Shown here piece after piece: positions 22,170 through 33,320 of a DNA stretch of 64,000 nt. Position numbers and translations under genes: made by a program. How positions within the stretch are numbered: the first letter of the stretch is position 1; every line of letters begins with the position of its first letter. The notes beneath the pieces were generated by a model. That model made no database searches. It was not told where the DNA came from and worked only from the letters and a program-made list of their open reading frames with translations. The DNA lies in assembly GCA_963799845.1 (NCBI GenBank), contig CAWCYI010000006.1, forward strand, positions 64,001 through 128,000, in the 5' to 3' direction. Source of the stretch: an uncultured Nitrososphaerota archaeon. GTDB taxonomy: Archaea; Thermoproteota; Nitrososphaeria; Nitrososphaerales; CADDZS01.

Positions 22170-22412
22170 TTATTCTCCAGGCATTCTCTGGAGCTGGGAC
22201 TGGGCCTTGACCGTCTCGATTCTTCGAGTGTCCTTGGTCTGCCAGCGTAACGTGATGAGTCCGAGAATCTCAAGTTGCATCAACACTTTGTTAAGATCTC
22301 TCATTGAGACATCCTCGCCGTCCCGTTGAAGCTCGGCCAAAAGCTCCTTGTCGGTCATGTTGTCGTGAGCTTTCATTTTTTCATTGACGATGTTTCGCAG
22401 TGGATATTTCAT
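22170..22412 (-). CDS. Small conserved winged-helix-like protein
   Basis: TDKELL...DLNKVLMQLEILGLI; co-oriented between cdc48 and fen. Confidence 0.65.
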   Translation of the reverse strand: MKYPLRNIVNEKMKAHDNMTDKELLAELQRDGEDVSMRDLNKVLMQLEILGLITLRWQTKDTRRIETVKAQSQLQRMPGE

Positions 22413-22441
22413 TCTAGGAAGATCACAAAAACCGGAAAAAA

Positions 22442-24626
22442 TTAACCGATGAAACCTTCAGGCGCGGAAGCCCCTTTTAACTTCTTTTGTACGCCTGAAA
22501 ACCAGCTCTCGATGTCGGCTGGGAGTGCGGGTTTTATCCTTAATAGCGCGAGCGTAAAATCATCCTGCGTTATGAGCGGTGATTGAGAGTTCCTTCTTAT
22601 TGCCTCTATCGCCGCCTCTCTGGCGAGTGACTGCAAATCGGCTCCGGTGTAGCCCTTTGTCTTTGATGCAATCGAGGAAAACGAGATCTCGGGAGAGAGC
22701 GGCATCGCTTGGGTCTGAATTTTGAGGATTTCCTCCCTGGCCTCGTCATCAGGCTGGGTTACATATACCAGGAGTTCGAGCCTACCCGGTCTCATAAGCG
22801 AAACATCGATCAGGTCTGGGCGGTTTGTCGCACCGACCACAAAGACGTCACCGACCGAGCTGATCGTGTCGATTTCTGTGAGAAGCTGACTCAAGACCCT
22901 GTCAGTGTGCTGGATAGACCCAGATCTGGGCACTGCGATCGAGTCGAACTCATCAAGAAATATTATGCATGGTGACGATGTCTTCGCTTTCTTGAAAATT
23001 TCCCTGATAGCCTTCTCGGATTCGCCGAGCCACTTTGAAAGAACTTCGGGCCCCCTGACAGTGATCAGATTGGCTCCGCTCTCGGTTGCTAGCGCTCTAA
23101 CCAGCATCGATTTTCCGCAACCCGGCGGGCCGTAGAGCATTATCCCTCTCGCGGGAGAAATACCTGCTTTCTGAAATCTCGACGGATCTTTGATCGCCCA
23201 GACGATGTTCTCAACCAGGGTTTGTTTCACGTCCTGAAGGCCGCCGACCTCGTTCCAGTAGACCTTGGGAGTCTCGGTGAAAAACTCTCTCATCGCGGTC
23301 GGGACGATCTCCTTCGATGCCTCTTTGAAATCTTTGAAGGTCACCTGGATCTTTTCGATAAGATCAGAAGGAATCTGATCGCTTTCCACATCGATATCGG
23401 GAACGTACCTTCTGAGCGCCTTCAGGGCTGCTTCGCGGCACAACGCACGCAGATCTGCCCCGGTGTAACCGTACTGCTCCCGTGCCATCCTCTCAAGGTC
23501 CACGTCGGATGAGAGCGGCATACCGCGAGTATGAATTTGCAAAATCTCAAGCCTCGCTTCTGTGTTCGGCACTCCAATCTGAACCTCCCTGTCAAAGCGG
23601 CCGGGCCTTCTCAATGCCGGATCGATGCTCTCCGGGCGGTTCGTCGCGCCGATAACGACGACGTCTCCCCTCTCCGAGACGCCGTCCATCAGAGCGAGCA
23701 GTCTGTCCAACGACCCTTTTCTCCACGTCTCCAAAAGCTTCCTCGCGCCGAGGAGCCAGCGCGTCAATCTCGTCGATGAAAATGATGCTGGGAGAGTTTT
23801 CCCGGGCTTCCCGGAAGAGATCACGAAGCTTCGCTTCTGTTTCCCCGTAATACTTGTTCATTATTTCAGGCCCGTTCATCGTGAAAAAATTTGCCTCGCA
23901 CTCGTTCGCAAGAGCTCTCGCTAGAAGCGTTTTACCGCAGCCGGGTGGGCCGTAAAGTAGAATGCCGTTTGGCGGTTCGACTCCCAGCTTCTGGAATATT
24001 TCCGGGTGTCGCAGAGGCACTTCGATGATTTCTCGTAGTCCCCTGATTTCCTCCTCCAGGCCGCCAATTTCCTCGTAGGTCGCGGCCTGAATTTTCTTCC
24101 GGCTCGTTGCGGCTTCCGGAAGAATCGTTATCGCAGTTGAATGCTCGATCTTGACACAGCCTTTCGGCCGTACCTTCTGAACTTTGAAAGCGATCGGGTT
24201 TCCAAGTACAATTACGGAGAGCTCATCACCGACTATTAGTGGAGTTCCCGCCAGGCGGTTTCTGACAAACTCTGCAAACTCCTTGTCCATGGCTCCCTTA
24301 GTTCCGATGGGTGTCAGCGAAACAGATTTCGCAGTCGCGCATTCGATTTTTCTGATTATCGCGTTTTCGTTCGTGACCGCGCCGGCATTTTTTCTAGTCA
24401 GCCCATCGATCCGGACAACGCCAAGGAAACCCTCCTCCGGATCAATCGGCACTGCGACAGCAACTGTAGATTTCTTTGTCCCGCTTACCTCGATTATCTC
24501 GCCGGCAGAAATTTCAAGACTCTCGATCGTCTCGACATCAAGTCGAGCTCGAGACTTGCCGACATCCCTGAGCTTCGCTTCTGCGACACGAAGCTGGACC
24601 CCGGGATGCTTACGCGGCTTTGTCAT
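22442..24626 (-). CDS. cdc48: CDC48/VCP AAA ATPase, 1-nt frameshift near 23702
   Basis: N-domain and two Walker A motifs (GPPGCGK); deleting one A restores RVVGQLLALMDG. Confidence 0.9.
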
Positions 24627-24707
24627 TAGATCGCGCTGAAAGGAAATAATTTTAGATTATTTCTTCCTTTCCGGAAAAGAGAAATTCCAGCTCGAAGGTG
24701 AAAGCAG

Positions 24708-24989
24708 TTACTTTTTGACCTGAGCTGAGATTCTGCTTGCGCCGAGAACTTCGAACTCGCCCACGAGTTCAGACTTTCTTATCGACTCTTCAATTGAATC
24801 CATCGCACCGGCAATGTCATCCGTCAAAAAATCAGCGACTAGCGCAACCAGCCCGAACGCGATAGGTTCTTCTTTGGTAGATCGAATTTCAATCGAAGGA
24901 TTGAGTCTCTTAATGTCATCAACGATCTGCTGAGGTTTTATCTCGGCTTCCTTCGGCATTATCCTTAGTCGGACAAGTAAGTTCGAAAT
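24708..24989 (-). CDS. ef1b: Translation elongation factor 1-beta
   Basis: EEPIAFGLVAL motif; the frame extends upstream of ATG 24959 to ATT 24989 (ISNLLVRLRIMP). Confidence 0.85.
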   Translation of the reverse strand: MSNLLVRLRIMPKEAEIKPQQIVDDIKRLNPSIEIRSTKEEPIAFGLVALVADFLTDDIAGAMDSIEESIRKSELVGEFEVLGASRISAQVKK

Positions 24990-25008
24990 AACCCATCACC
25001 CAAAAAAA

Positions 25009-25194
25009 TCAAGGGCCTTCGTAGCTGCAATTGACGCATCTGTAAGGGCGGGAAAAACCGCGACACTTTTCATTTCTCCAGATCAAAACTTCACCGCATT
25101 GAGGGCAGAGGAACTTCACCGCTCGCTCGCCTGGCATAATCGGCCTATTGCAAGAGGTGCAAACCGGCAGCTGTATTTGTTTCTCGATCGACAT
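25009..25194 (-). CDS. Zn-ribbon RNA-binding protein (DUF1610/HVO_2753-like)
   Basis: CTSC...FLCPQCG...YRCVNCSYEGP, upstream of ef1b as usual in archaea. Confidence 0.85.
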   Translation of the reverse strand: MSIEKQIQLPVCTSCNRPIMPGERAVKFLCPQCGEVLIWRNEKCRGFSRPYRCVNCSYEGP

Positions 25195-25281
25195 TGTGTA
25201 AGGGAATGCATTGGTCGATTATTCGTAATATAGTTAACGGTCAGCATTTGGTTCTCCTTGAGAAATTCCGATATCAAATTG

Positions 25282-26424
25282 TCAGGATATCAAGTTCTTG
25301 ATCTCATTCGATATCACAATCCCGAGTGTAGAGAACAAGTTGCCTATCCCAAACGTCTTAACAATCGCAATCGAGTGCCTATCAAAATCTCCTTGCTCAG
25401 AGATCTTCTTCGCAATGCCGGATGAATTTATCATCTCCGCCAGCTGGTCTAGTTGTCGGGCGTTCATCTTGGCAAAGACATTCCGTGCATACAATTGAGT
25501 CCTGAATTCGTCACCGAATTTGGACCGCCATTCCGTTTCATATTCGCGAAGCTCATCCAAGTCATTTGAATTTAGAGCGCTGGAGATTGCCTTCGCAGCT
25601 AGCAGACCGCCGTATCCTCCAGTGTAAATTCCTCCGCCGGTGGTTGGTTTGGGCTGACCGCAGGAATCGCCGGCTTTTACGATTCTGCCGTCAACGAATT
25701 TTTTCGACGTGCCGGCACAGATGATCGGGGCAGCTGCTTTGCGAATCGGAACCGCGTTTTTTTCCTTCACAAAAGAGTCTAGTACCGAAAAAGTGTTTAT
25801 TCCCAGACCGGCTACGCCGATCTTGGCAACGTCCGAAGAGATGGGGATGACCCACTTGAAGAATCCGGGCGCCTCTACCGGATCGAGATAGACTTCAACG
25901 GTCGATTTCTCAAACCAGGTACCGTAGACGAGGTACTGCCCTGCTTGGAGGACCAGACCACCACCCCTGATGTATGACTCGTATCCAGAGCAGTCCAACA
26001 GTACATCGGAACTGACCCTACCGGAATCGATCTTGATGTGAGCAGCTTCTTTTGTTTGCGAATAATTTGAGACCCTGCTCCCCAGTTCAATCTTTGCCCC
26101 TTCCCTCGCCGCGTTTTCAGCAAGATACTTGTCAAATCTGGATCTATCGAGCACGATTACATTCTGTTTTCTCGCGTCGATCCTGACTTCCTTCATCGAG
26201 GGAGAAAAAAAGCGGGCCGCAATCAGCCGATTTTGAACAGTGTACGAAGGCGGAACTATACCAAGCTCGTGTATTCCACTGGCGCTTACAAGTCCATCGC
26301 ATTTTTCAGGAATGCCAATCTCGCGATGTTCCTCGTAAACGGTAGTATTGATCCCTCGCGAAGCAAGTTCCCTCGCCCCGATCAATCCTGCGATGCTGGC
26401 GCCGATGATGTTGACTCGCGACAT
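25282..26424 (-). CDS. Geranylgeranyl reductase-family FAD oxidoreductase
   Basis: IIGASIAG, EEHREIG.P.KCDG, GDSCGQPKPTTGGGI. Confidence 0.85.
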   Translation of the reverse strand: MSRVNIIGASIAGLIGARELASRGINTTVYEEHREIGIPEKCDGLVSASGIHELGIVPPSYTVQNRLIAARFFSPSMKEVRIDARKQNVIVLDRSRFDKYLAENAAREGAKIELGSRVSNYSQTKEAAHIKIDSGRVSSDVLLDCSGYESYIRGGGLVLQAGQYLVYGTWFEKSTVEVYLDPVEAPGFFKWVIPISSDVAKIGVAGLGINTFSVLDSFVKEKNAVPIRKAAAPIICAGTSKKFVDGRIVKAGDSCGQPKPTTGGGIYTGGYGGLLAAKAISSALNSNDLDELREYETEWRSKFGDEFRTQLYARNVFAKMNARQLDQLAEMINSSGIAKKISEQGDFDRHSIAIVKTFGIGNLFSTLGIVISNEIKNLIS

Positions 26425-26536
26425 TCTTGGCCTCTTTTGAAACCAATTTTCACTGAGAAACTAATAAGGTTGGGTCTAGATCATGTTTGAGAACCTCTTC
26501 TACCGAATCCCTAGAGTCAGGCGTGAGTAAACGAGA

Positions 26537-26893
26537 ATGAGCGAATACAAGCAGGTCATCGTAGTGAGAAATGACCTCAAGATGGGAAAGGGTAAACTCG
26601 CCGTCCAGGTCGCGCACGCTGCGGTTTCTTCAGCTGAACAGGCTAGAAAATACAAGAGGGAGTGGTACGATGCGTGGATCGCGGGAAATCAAGCAAAGAT
26701 CTGCGTAAAGGTCGACAGCGAAAAAGAGTTGCGGCTTTTGAAAGGAAGGGTCGACGAGGCCGGGATTCCAAACTCTCTCATCCAGGACGCAGGGCTGACT
26801 CAACTTGAACCCGGAACCACAACATGTCTCGGAATAGGTCCGCTTCCCTCTCAACTCGCTGACAGGTACACTGGAGAACTAAAACTGCTCTAG
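26537..26893 (+). CDS. pth2: Peptidyl-tRNA hydrolase Pth2
   Basis: KMGKGKLAVQVAHA, DAGLTQLEPGT. Confidence 0.95.
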   Translation: MSEYKQVIVVRNDLKMGKGKLAVQVAHAAVSSAEQARKYKREWYDAWIAGNQAKICVKVDSEKELRLLKGRVDEAGIPNSLIQDAGLTQLEPGTTTCLGIGPLPSQLADRYTGELKLL

Positions 26894-26944
26894 ACTACTC
26901 ATATTTTATATCCGATAAAAAACCAAATTTTTCCTTACAGGGAC

Positions 26945-27979
26945 GTGGTTTTCATGTCGCAGGCAATTGTTCAGGAATCACCCGAGACTACTGTTTTTGA
27001 TCTTGCTATAATCGGCGCCGGTCCTGCCGGATTGTTTGCAGCATATTATGCGGGATTCAGGGAAATGAAAACTGTGGTGCTGGATGCCCTGCCGGAAGCC
27101 GGAGGTCAGCTCGCGGTCCTCTATCCGGAGAAGACGATATTTGATGTTCCTGGTTTTCCCCAGATTCTCGCGCGCGATCTTGTCACGTCTCTCGTCGAGC
27201 AAGCAAAGCGCTACGATCCACTTATGCTTCTCGGGGAAAGAGCAACCGACCTAAAGAAGGGAGATGACAGCCTGTTTACTCTTACGACAGATAAACGGCA
27301 AGTAAAAACAAGATCGATCATCATCACCGCCGGCGTGGGGTCATTTTCACCAAACAAGCTGAACATCATCAATCAGGAAAAATACGAAGGGAACGGCATT
27401 TACTATTTTGTAAAGCAAAAAGAGTTTTTCAGAAACAAGAACCTCCTGATTGTTGGGGGAGGTGATTCGGCGGTCGACTGGGCGCTGAACCTGAAGGAGG
27501 TCACAAAGTCAATCATGCTGATTCACAGGCGCGATCAATTTAGAGCGCACGAACAGAGCGTGACCGAACTTTACAGCAGCCCGGGCGTCACGGTCAGAAC
27601 GTGCACCGAACTAAAGTCAGTCGACGGCGAGCCAAACACTCTGAAGAGCGCGATCATCTTTGAGAACAGAACCGGAAAGGAAGAGACCCTCCCGGTCGAT
27701 TGCATCCTGATCAATATCGGGTTCAAGGCAAACTTGGGGCCGATAGCTAACTGGGGATTGACGATGGAGAACAGGGCGATCAAGATCAACGGCAAAATGG
27801 AAACAAACATTCCCGGCGTCTACGCGGCGGGCGACATTGCTTCTCCGACCGACTCTGTCAAACTCAACCTCATTACGACGGCATTCGCGCAATCGGCCCT
27901 CGCGGTGAACGTCGCGAAGAAGTACGTGGATCCGAAGGCCCAGTTGTTCCCCGGACACAGCAGCGAAAAATCTGCTTAG
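26945..27979 (+). CDS. TrxB-type ferredoxin--NADP(+) reductase (YumC-like)
   Basis: GAGPAG, LYPEKTIFDVPGF, GGGDSAVDWA, HRRDQFRAH, C-terminal PGHSS; no CxxC. Confidence 0.85.
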   Translation: MVFMSQAIVQESPETTVFDLAIIGAGPAGLFAAYYAGFREMKTVVLDALPEAGGQLAVLYPEKTIFDVPGFPQILARDLVTSLVEQAKRYDPLMLLGERATDLKKGDDSLFTLTTDKRQVKTRSIIITAGVGSFSPNKLNIINQEKYEGNGIYYFVKQKEFFRNKNLLIVGGGDSAVDWALNLKEVTKSIMLIHRRDQFRAHEQSVTELYSSPGVTVRTCTELKSVDGEPNTLKSAIIFENRTGKEETLPVDCILINIGFKANLGPIANWGLTMENRAIKINGKMETNIPGVYAAGDIASPTDSVKLNLITTAFAQSALAVNVAKKYVDPKAQLFPGHSSEKSA

Positions 27980-28440
27980 CTCGCTGCTCTAGCTTCGGGA
28001 TAGCGTTTTCTGATATCGTAAGATCCGGAGAGAACCGGGTGGTGGACATCCGCGAGAACGACTTCAAACCAGAAGAAGCGCCCGTCCTGATAGACAGGGT
28101 ACGAACCTACGAGTTCGGTGTTCGGGAATTTCTCCAGAACTCTCCTCTCGGCAGTATCCTGCGAGGAAAAGTGCCCCTTTATCTTCAACACACCCATGTG
28201 CTTCGGCCGTCTACCCGAAGTCGGCCTTTTCTGCCTCATGCCGCCTCTGGTAATCTTTATTCTAACAATAACATAGCCCTGCTTTGCCTTGTAACCCAGC
28301 GAACGAGCTCGATCCAGTCTAGTCGGCCTTTCCAATCTCACGAGCGTCGGACCACGCCTCCAAAGAATGGCCCTCTTTTTTATCTCGGGCGAACCTGTCT
28401 TTACGAGCGTTCGCCAGGCCTTAGAAATCTCCCTGTACAT
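27976..28440 (-). CDS. rpl15e: 50S ribosomal protein L15e
   Basis: RPTRLDRARSLGYKAKQG. Confidence 0.95.
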   Translation of the reverse strand: MYREISKAWRTLVKTGSPEIKKRAILWRRGPTLVRLERPTRLDRARSLGYKAKQGYVIVRIKITRGGMRQKRPTSGRRPKHMGVLKIKGHFSSQDTAERRVLEKFPNTELVGSYPVYQDGRFFWFEVVLADVHHPVLSGSYDIRKRYPEARAAS

Positions 28441-28545
28441 ACGTAGCAGCTTCACGACTTGCCTTTCCAAAGCCAAATAAGACTTGTGGTAGCAGCGATC
28501 GGACTCTCCTTTATTTCGCGTTCTTGAACTTCGAGTAAAATGATT

Positions 28546-29463
28546 TTAGGGCGAAGCCAGAGCTTTCAAAACGAGCTCAACTATCTGCACGCCCGCCATC
28601 GACTGAGCCTCGGCGGTCTGGCCGGCAATGTGCGGGGTTGCTATCACATTGTCGAGTTTCAGTAGACCAAAAGAAGTCGGCGGTTCCACATCGAACACGT
28701 CCAGCGCTGCACCCGCAATTAACTTCTCGTTGAGAGCTCGGAGAAGGTCTTTTTCGTTAACGACCCTTCCTCTCGATGTATTAATCAGAAAAGCAGTCTT
28801 TTTCATGGTTTTGAGTTTGTCATAGTTTGCGAGGTTTTCAGTTTCAGGAGTGAGCGGAACGTGGATATCGACAAAATCAGAAATGGAGAAGACTTCCTCC
28901 TGAGTCGAAACTTGAATTCCGAGCCTCTTCACAAGTTCCCCGGGGATCGGGATGACGTCGTTTGCAACGATTTTCATGCCAAAGGCGGAGGCAAGTTCTG
29001 CGACGCGCTGACCAATTTTCCCGATGCCGATCGTGCCGTACGTTTTGCCCTTCAGCTCAATTCCCTGGAATTTTGATTTTTCCCATCTTCCACTTTTGGT
29101 TGACGCGTCGGCTGAAGGAATTTTCCTCGCCAGCCCGATCATGAGACCAAGGGTAAATTCCGCTACCGCGTTTGTTAGAGCATTTGGAGTATTCAGTATC
29201 ATAATATTTCTTGCCTTCGCGGCTTCCAGATCGATGTTGTCAACACCGACACCCGCCCGTCCGATCACTTTCAAGAGGGGCGCTGATGAGATAACTTCTC
29301 TTGTCACTTTTGTTCTACTTCTGACGATCAGCGCATCAAAAGATCCGATGGCTGAAAGCAGTACTTGAGAAGAAATGTCGGGCTTGTATTCGAACTCAAC
29401 TCCCGAAGAATCGAGCAGTTTTATTGCGTCCCCTGAAACGGCATCGCTGACAAGTATGCGCAA
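28546..29463 (-). CDS. serA: D-3-phosphoglycerate dehydrogenase-like 2-hydroxyacid dehydrogenase
   Basis: IVRSRTKVT, RAGVGVDNID, GIGKIG, INTSRG, TPHIAG; likely TTG start at 29463. Confidence 0.8.
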   Translation of the reverse strand: MRILVSDAVSGDAIKLLDSSGVEFEYKPDISSQVLLSAIGSFDALIVRSRTKVTREVISSAPLLKVIGRAGVGVDNIDLEAAKARNIMILNTPNALTNAVAEFTLGLMIGLARKIPSADASTKSGRWEKSKFQGIELKGKTYGTIGIGKIGQRVAELASAFGMKIVANDVIPIPGELVKRLGIQVSTQEEVFSISDFVDIHVPLTPETENLANYDKLKTMKKTAFLINTSRGRVVNEKDLLRALNEKLIAGAALDVFDVEPPTSFGLLKLDNVIATPHIAGQTAEAQSMAGVQIVELVLKALASP

Positions 29464-29810
29464 GATTTCTCGAAGCTCCGATTTTGGAAATTGCGCTTTA
29501 TTGTTTACAGAAGGTCTGTAAAGATTCGTCATTTCTAAGGACTCTTGTACACGTTCAGCTTGTTTTGAGCTCTTCTGAGCTAACAGAGCTGGAAACGAGC
29601 TGTCCGAATTGAACAGAGCTTGAACGTAGCTCTTCGGCCAAAAAGTGCTCACGTGTGTAGAAACGCAGAAAATTTTTTTCTTAATGAATCAATGGCAACT
29701 TCAATATAAAGACCGAGAAACGAGTAGGGAGCATCAAGTCAAAAGAGAGCATTTCGTAATATGTGTGAGTTTTCCAATTTCGGCTATATTCACGGAACAA
29801 AGGAGGATCA

Positions 29811-31037
29811 GTGACGATGCTCACAGGGATTATCGGGAAGCCTAACGTCGGCAAGTCCACTTTTTTCAATTCTGCAACTTTGCTGAACGTCGCCGTTGCA
29901 AACTATCCTTTTACCACGATAAATCCCAACATGGGGAACGCGTACATCAGAGTAAAATGCATTCATGAAGAGCTCGGCGTAAAGGACAATCCTGTAAACT
30001 CTGCTTGCGTCGATGGTACGCGGTTAATCCCGGTCAGACTGGTTGATGTTGCAGGTCTCGTCCCGGGAGCTTCTTCTGGAAGAGGGCTCGGAAACAAATT
30101 CCTGGACGACCTTAGACAGGCCGATGCCCTAATTCATGTAATCGATGCTTCAGGATCTACCGACGAAGAAGGTAGAGTTGTAAAAGTCGGTACCCGCGAT
30201 CCAGCGGAGGATGTTGAATTCATCCGAAGGGAGGTCGTTCTCTGGGTAAAATCTCTCCTAGACAAAGATTGGCCAAAGATTACGAGAGCAGTAGAATCCG
30301 GCGCGGCAAATCCTGTGAAACTCCCCTTCGCGCTCATGGATAAGTTGTCAGGCCTCTCAATCGATGAGGAAGCAATTGAGGTGGCAATTCACAAACGGGG
30401 TCTAAAGATCGACAAACCGTCCGGGTGGAGCGATTCGGATCTCTGCGGTTTTTGCGAGACGCTGCTAGAAATTTCGAAGCCAATTCTGATCGCGGCAAAC
30501 AAGTGCGATCTACCGACCGCCAAAGAAACGATCAATAGGCTATCAAGGGAGCTCAGCGAATATGTGATGGTTCCCTGCGCGGCGGAAGCTGAACTGTTGC
30601 TCCGCAGAGCGTCACAGGCAAATCTGATTTTATATCTGCCAGGAGATGTGAGCTTCAAAATAAAAGATGAATCAAAAATTTCTCCGGCGCAGAGAAAAGC
30701 TCTTGATCTGGTCAAAAGCCACGTACTTGATGTCTGGCATGGGACGGGCGTTCAAAACGCGATCAACGATGCATATCTTCGCCTCTTGAAGGGAATTGTA
30801 GTCTATCCCGTCGAAGACGAGACAAAGTATTCCGACAAGAAAGGCAATGTGCTTCCTGACGCGAGAATAATGCATCGGGGGGATACCGCACGAGATCTTG
30901 CGTTCAAGGTCCATACTGACCTGGGAAATACATTCCTTTACGCGATCGATGCAAGAAGCGGACTTCGAGTCGGGGCGGATTACCAGCTTAAGGACAACGA
31001 CGTTCTGAAGATAGTCTCTTCTGCCAGAAAAGGCTAG
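29811..31037 (+). CDS. ychF: Obg-family ATPase YchF
   Basis: GKPNVGKST, NYPFTTI, DVAGLVPGA, C-terminal TGS domain. Confidence 0.93.
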   Translation: MTMLTGIIGKPNVGKSTFFNSATLLNVAVANYPFTTINPNMGNAYIRVKCIHEELGVKDNPVNSACVDGTRLIPVRLVDVAGLVPGASSGRGLGNKFLDDLRQADALIHVIDASGSTDEEGRVVKVGTRDPAEDVEFIRREVVLWVKSLLDKDWPKITRAVESGAANPVKLPFALMDKLSGLSIDEEAIEVAIHKRGLKIDKPSGWSDSDLCGFCETLLEISKPILIAANKCDLPTAKETINRLSRELSEYVMVPCAAEAELLLRRASQANLILYLPGDVSFKIKDESKISPAQRKALDLVKSHVLDVWHGTGVQNAINDAYLRLLKGIVVYPVEDETKYSDKKGNVLPDARIMHRGDTARDLAFKVHTDLGNTFLYAIDARSGLRVGADYQLKDNDVLKIVSSARKG

Positions 31038-31729
31038 GCAGCAGCAGCGATTGGCTTTTCGATCTCTTCGTCCATTTCCGCGAGATCTCCCTCCTCTTCT
31101 TCCTCAGTCGTCGGAGTTGGGACATAGGGCATTCCGTCTCCAGCCTTGATCAATTTGATCTTGCGAATTCCGAGGTGTCTGATTTTTGCGATCTCCTTCG
31201 TGTTGTCGTACAGTTCCCTTGCAAGGTTTTGCTTCACAGCTTCCTGGGCAAACTGCTCATAGAACATTGAAAGAGCACGTTCCTTGAGAATCTTGTCCGC
31301 CGCCAACCTAATTTCGTGCTTTCTGGACGAGTTTATTCTGCCAATGGTGAAAGCGACGACGTAAACTCTCACGATTGCGTTGTCTTTGGTCTTGTAGTCT
31401 CTGATGAAATTAACCATTGACGCGCCCCGCCTGACGAGGCTTCTCAGGTACTCTCTAGAGTACTCGTGTCCCTTCAGCACCGTCGTGGCGGTATTACCTT
31501 CAATACCCGTAATCTGAAAGTGAAGCTTGATCAACATGTTTTGCTGGGGATCCTGCTTAATAATATCAAAAAGCGTCGTTTCAATTACCCGTCCCATCGC
31601 AATTTCGTTGCTCGTAATCGGGACGTAGGCAATCGGAGCCCGGTCAAATCCGGGCGAAGCAAGGACAGTGACCCATTTTTTCTCGCGCCACTTGTCTTTG
31701 ACCTTTCCAGCTCTCTTCGGCTTTGGCAT
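31034..31729 (-). CDS. rps3ae: 30S ribosomal protein S3Ae
   Basis: KDKWREKKW, GRVIETTL, EYLRSLVRRG. Confidence 0.93.
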   Translation of the reverse strand: MPKPKRAGKVKDKWREKKWVTVLASPGFDRAPIAYVPITSNEIAMGRVIETTLFDIIKQDPQQNMLIKLHFQITGIEGNTATTVLKGHEYSREYLRSLVRRGASMVNFIRDYKTKDNAIVRVYVVAFTIGRINSSRKHEIRLAADKILKERALSMFYEQFAQEAVKQNLARELYDNTKEIAKIRHLGIRKIKLIKAGDGMPYVPTPTTEEEEEGDLAEMDEEIEKPIAAAA

Positions 31730-31791
31730 ACTACGCAGACGGCCTTTCAGTTTTTAAGCGAATATAAGCTAAGCTGTGAAATCGGTTTGGT

Positions 31792-33069
31792 TCACTTCTC
31801 CACAGGAGTAATCTCGGTCTGCGAATTCATGTACGGGACTAGCAGTTTGGGTACCTCAATAACTCTCGCATCCTGTCTGTAATAGTTCTCAATCATTGCG
31901 GCCATAGTTCTTTCAGTTGCGACAAGCGTACTGTTTAGAGTATGCAGAAATCGAGATTCCTCGTGAGCTTTTTCCCGATATTTGATACCGAGAGCTCTTG
32001 ACTGAAAATCGGTGCAGTTGCTGCAAGATATCAGCTCTCTGTACTTTCCCTGGCTTGGAAACCAGCCCTCAATGTCGAAGGTTTTGGCAGAAACTTTCCC
32101 CATGTCTCCGGAGCTCAACAGCATGACCCTGTACGGAATGCCTAGCTCCCGCATGAAACCTTCAGCATTTCGAAGCAACATTCTGTGTTCGCTTTCAGAG
32201 TCTGATGGTTTGCAGTACACGAATTGCTCGACCTTTTCAAACTGGTGGACCCGTATGATACCCTTTGTGTCCCGTCCGTGCGCCCCCGCTTCTTTTCTAA
32301 AGCAAGGACTGACCCCCGCGTATCTGATAGGGAGGTCTGTACCATTGAAAATCTCATCCATGTGCATGGCGGCTATCGCATGTTCTGACGTTCCAATTAG
32401 GTAGAGATCCTCGTTTTCAATCTTGTAGATTACTTCTTCAAAATCTCCGAGGATGACCGCCCCGCCGATTGCTTCGCGCTTTAGCATGTACGGCGGCTGA
32501 ATCAGAATAAAGTCTCGCGATCTGAGATAATCAAGAGCAGCGCAAATTAGAGCGTAATTCAATCGAGTCAAATCTCTTCTAAGAAAATAAAATCTTGCCC
32601 CGGAAGTTTTGGCCGCCCTTTCTACATCGATCAGGTCAAATTCGGCAGAAATGTCAATGTGATCAATTGTGCCCGGTCTTGTCTCACCCCACCTGCTAAC
32701 CTCCAGATTCGCTGTTTCGTCCGTACCAATGGGTACCGAAGGGTCAACGAAGTTGGGAATAGTTACCAATAGGCCGTTTAATTTTGCATTCGTCGATTCA
32801 ATCCGCTTGTCATTTTCAGTGATTTCATCTGACGCAAGCTTCATCTTTGAGATGGTCTCCTGCACGTCCTTTCCGGAACTTTTCGCTTTTGAGACCTCGA
32901 GGGAAATCCTGTTTTTTTCCTCCTTCAGTTTCTGGTTTTTTGCGATTAGCTCTCTTCTCTTCTTATCCAGGTCCAGGAGCTCTTCGAACGGAAAATTGGT
33001 AATATTCCGCTTCTCCAAATTCTCCCTGATCCTTTCGGGAGAGTCTCTGAGGATTCGAATGTCGATCAA
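31792..33069 (-). CDS. serS: Serine--tRNA ligase
   Basis: GTSEH, CFRKEAGAHGRDTKGIIRVHQFEKVE, SCSNCTDFQ, TLNST. Confidence 0.97.
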   Translation of the reverse strand: MIDIRILRDSPERIRENLEKRNITNFPFEELLDLDKKRRELIAKNQKLKEEKNRISLEVSKAKSSGKDVQETISKMKLASDEITENDKRIESTNAKLNGLLVTIPNFVDPSVPIGTDETANLEVSRWGETRPGTIDHIDISAEFDLIDVERAAKTSGARFYFLRRDLTRLNYALICAALDYLRSRDFILIQPPYMLKREAIGGAVILGDFEEVIYKIENEDLYLIGTSEHAIAAMHMDEIFNGTDLPIRYAGVSPCFRKEAGAHGRDTKGIIRVHQFEKVEQFVYCKPSDSESEHRMLLRNAEGFMRELGIPYRVMLLSSGDMGKVSAKTFDIEGWFPSQGKYRELISCSNCTDFQSRALGIKYREKAHEESRFLHTLNSTLVATERTMAAMIENYYRQDARVIEVPKLLVPYMNSQTEITPVEK

Positions 33070-33320
33070 ATAATCTCGGCCTTCTCAATAACGTTAGAAG
33101 CAGAGTAAATGTGCGACACGATCTCGTCCAAAGTCGAGATTAACGTTTCAATCTTGGCATTCCGTTGATCGATGTCTATTGATATTTTGAGAGTCCGTCC
33201 CCGCTTTCTCTGGGAGAATTTCATTCCCCGCGGGAAATTTATATTGTCGGGAGCCAGAGAATTATCGACTGCGTCCAAAACATGCCTGTCCGAAAATCCG
33301 ACTTCCAGACGCGCGCTCAG
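33066..33320 (-). CDS. pcc1: KEOPS subunit Pcc1-like
   Basis: SLAPDNINFP motif; lies between the DHH gene and serS; frame extends to a CTG overlapping the upstream stop. Confidence 0.65.
   Translation of the reverse strand: MSARLEVGFSDRHVLDAVDNSLAPDNINFPRGMKFSQRKRGRTLKISIDIDQRNAKIETLISTLDEIVSHIYSASNVIEKAEII

Noticed and set aside
9380-23720. Additional mRNA introns at the other split genes (OppC, OppF, GH4, binding protein, dys, cdc48)
   Set aside because: Each is repaired by a single-base change, with no extra sequence and no BHB seen
29464-29652. Long N-terminal extension of the SerA-like ORF
   Set aside because: Homology starts at LRILVSD; the upstream part is probably divergent promoter DNA
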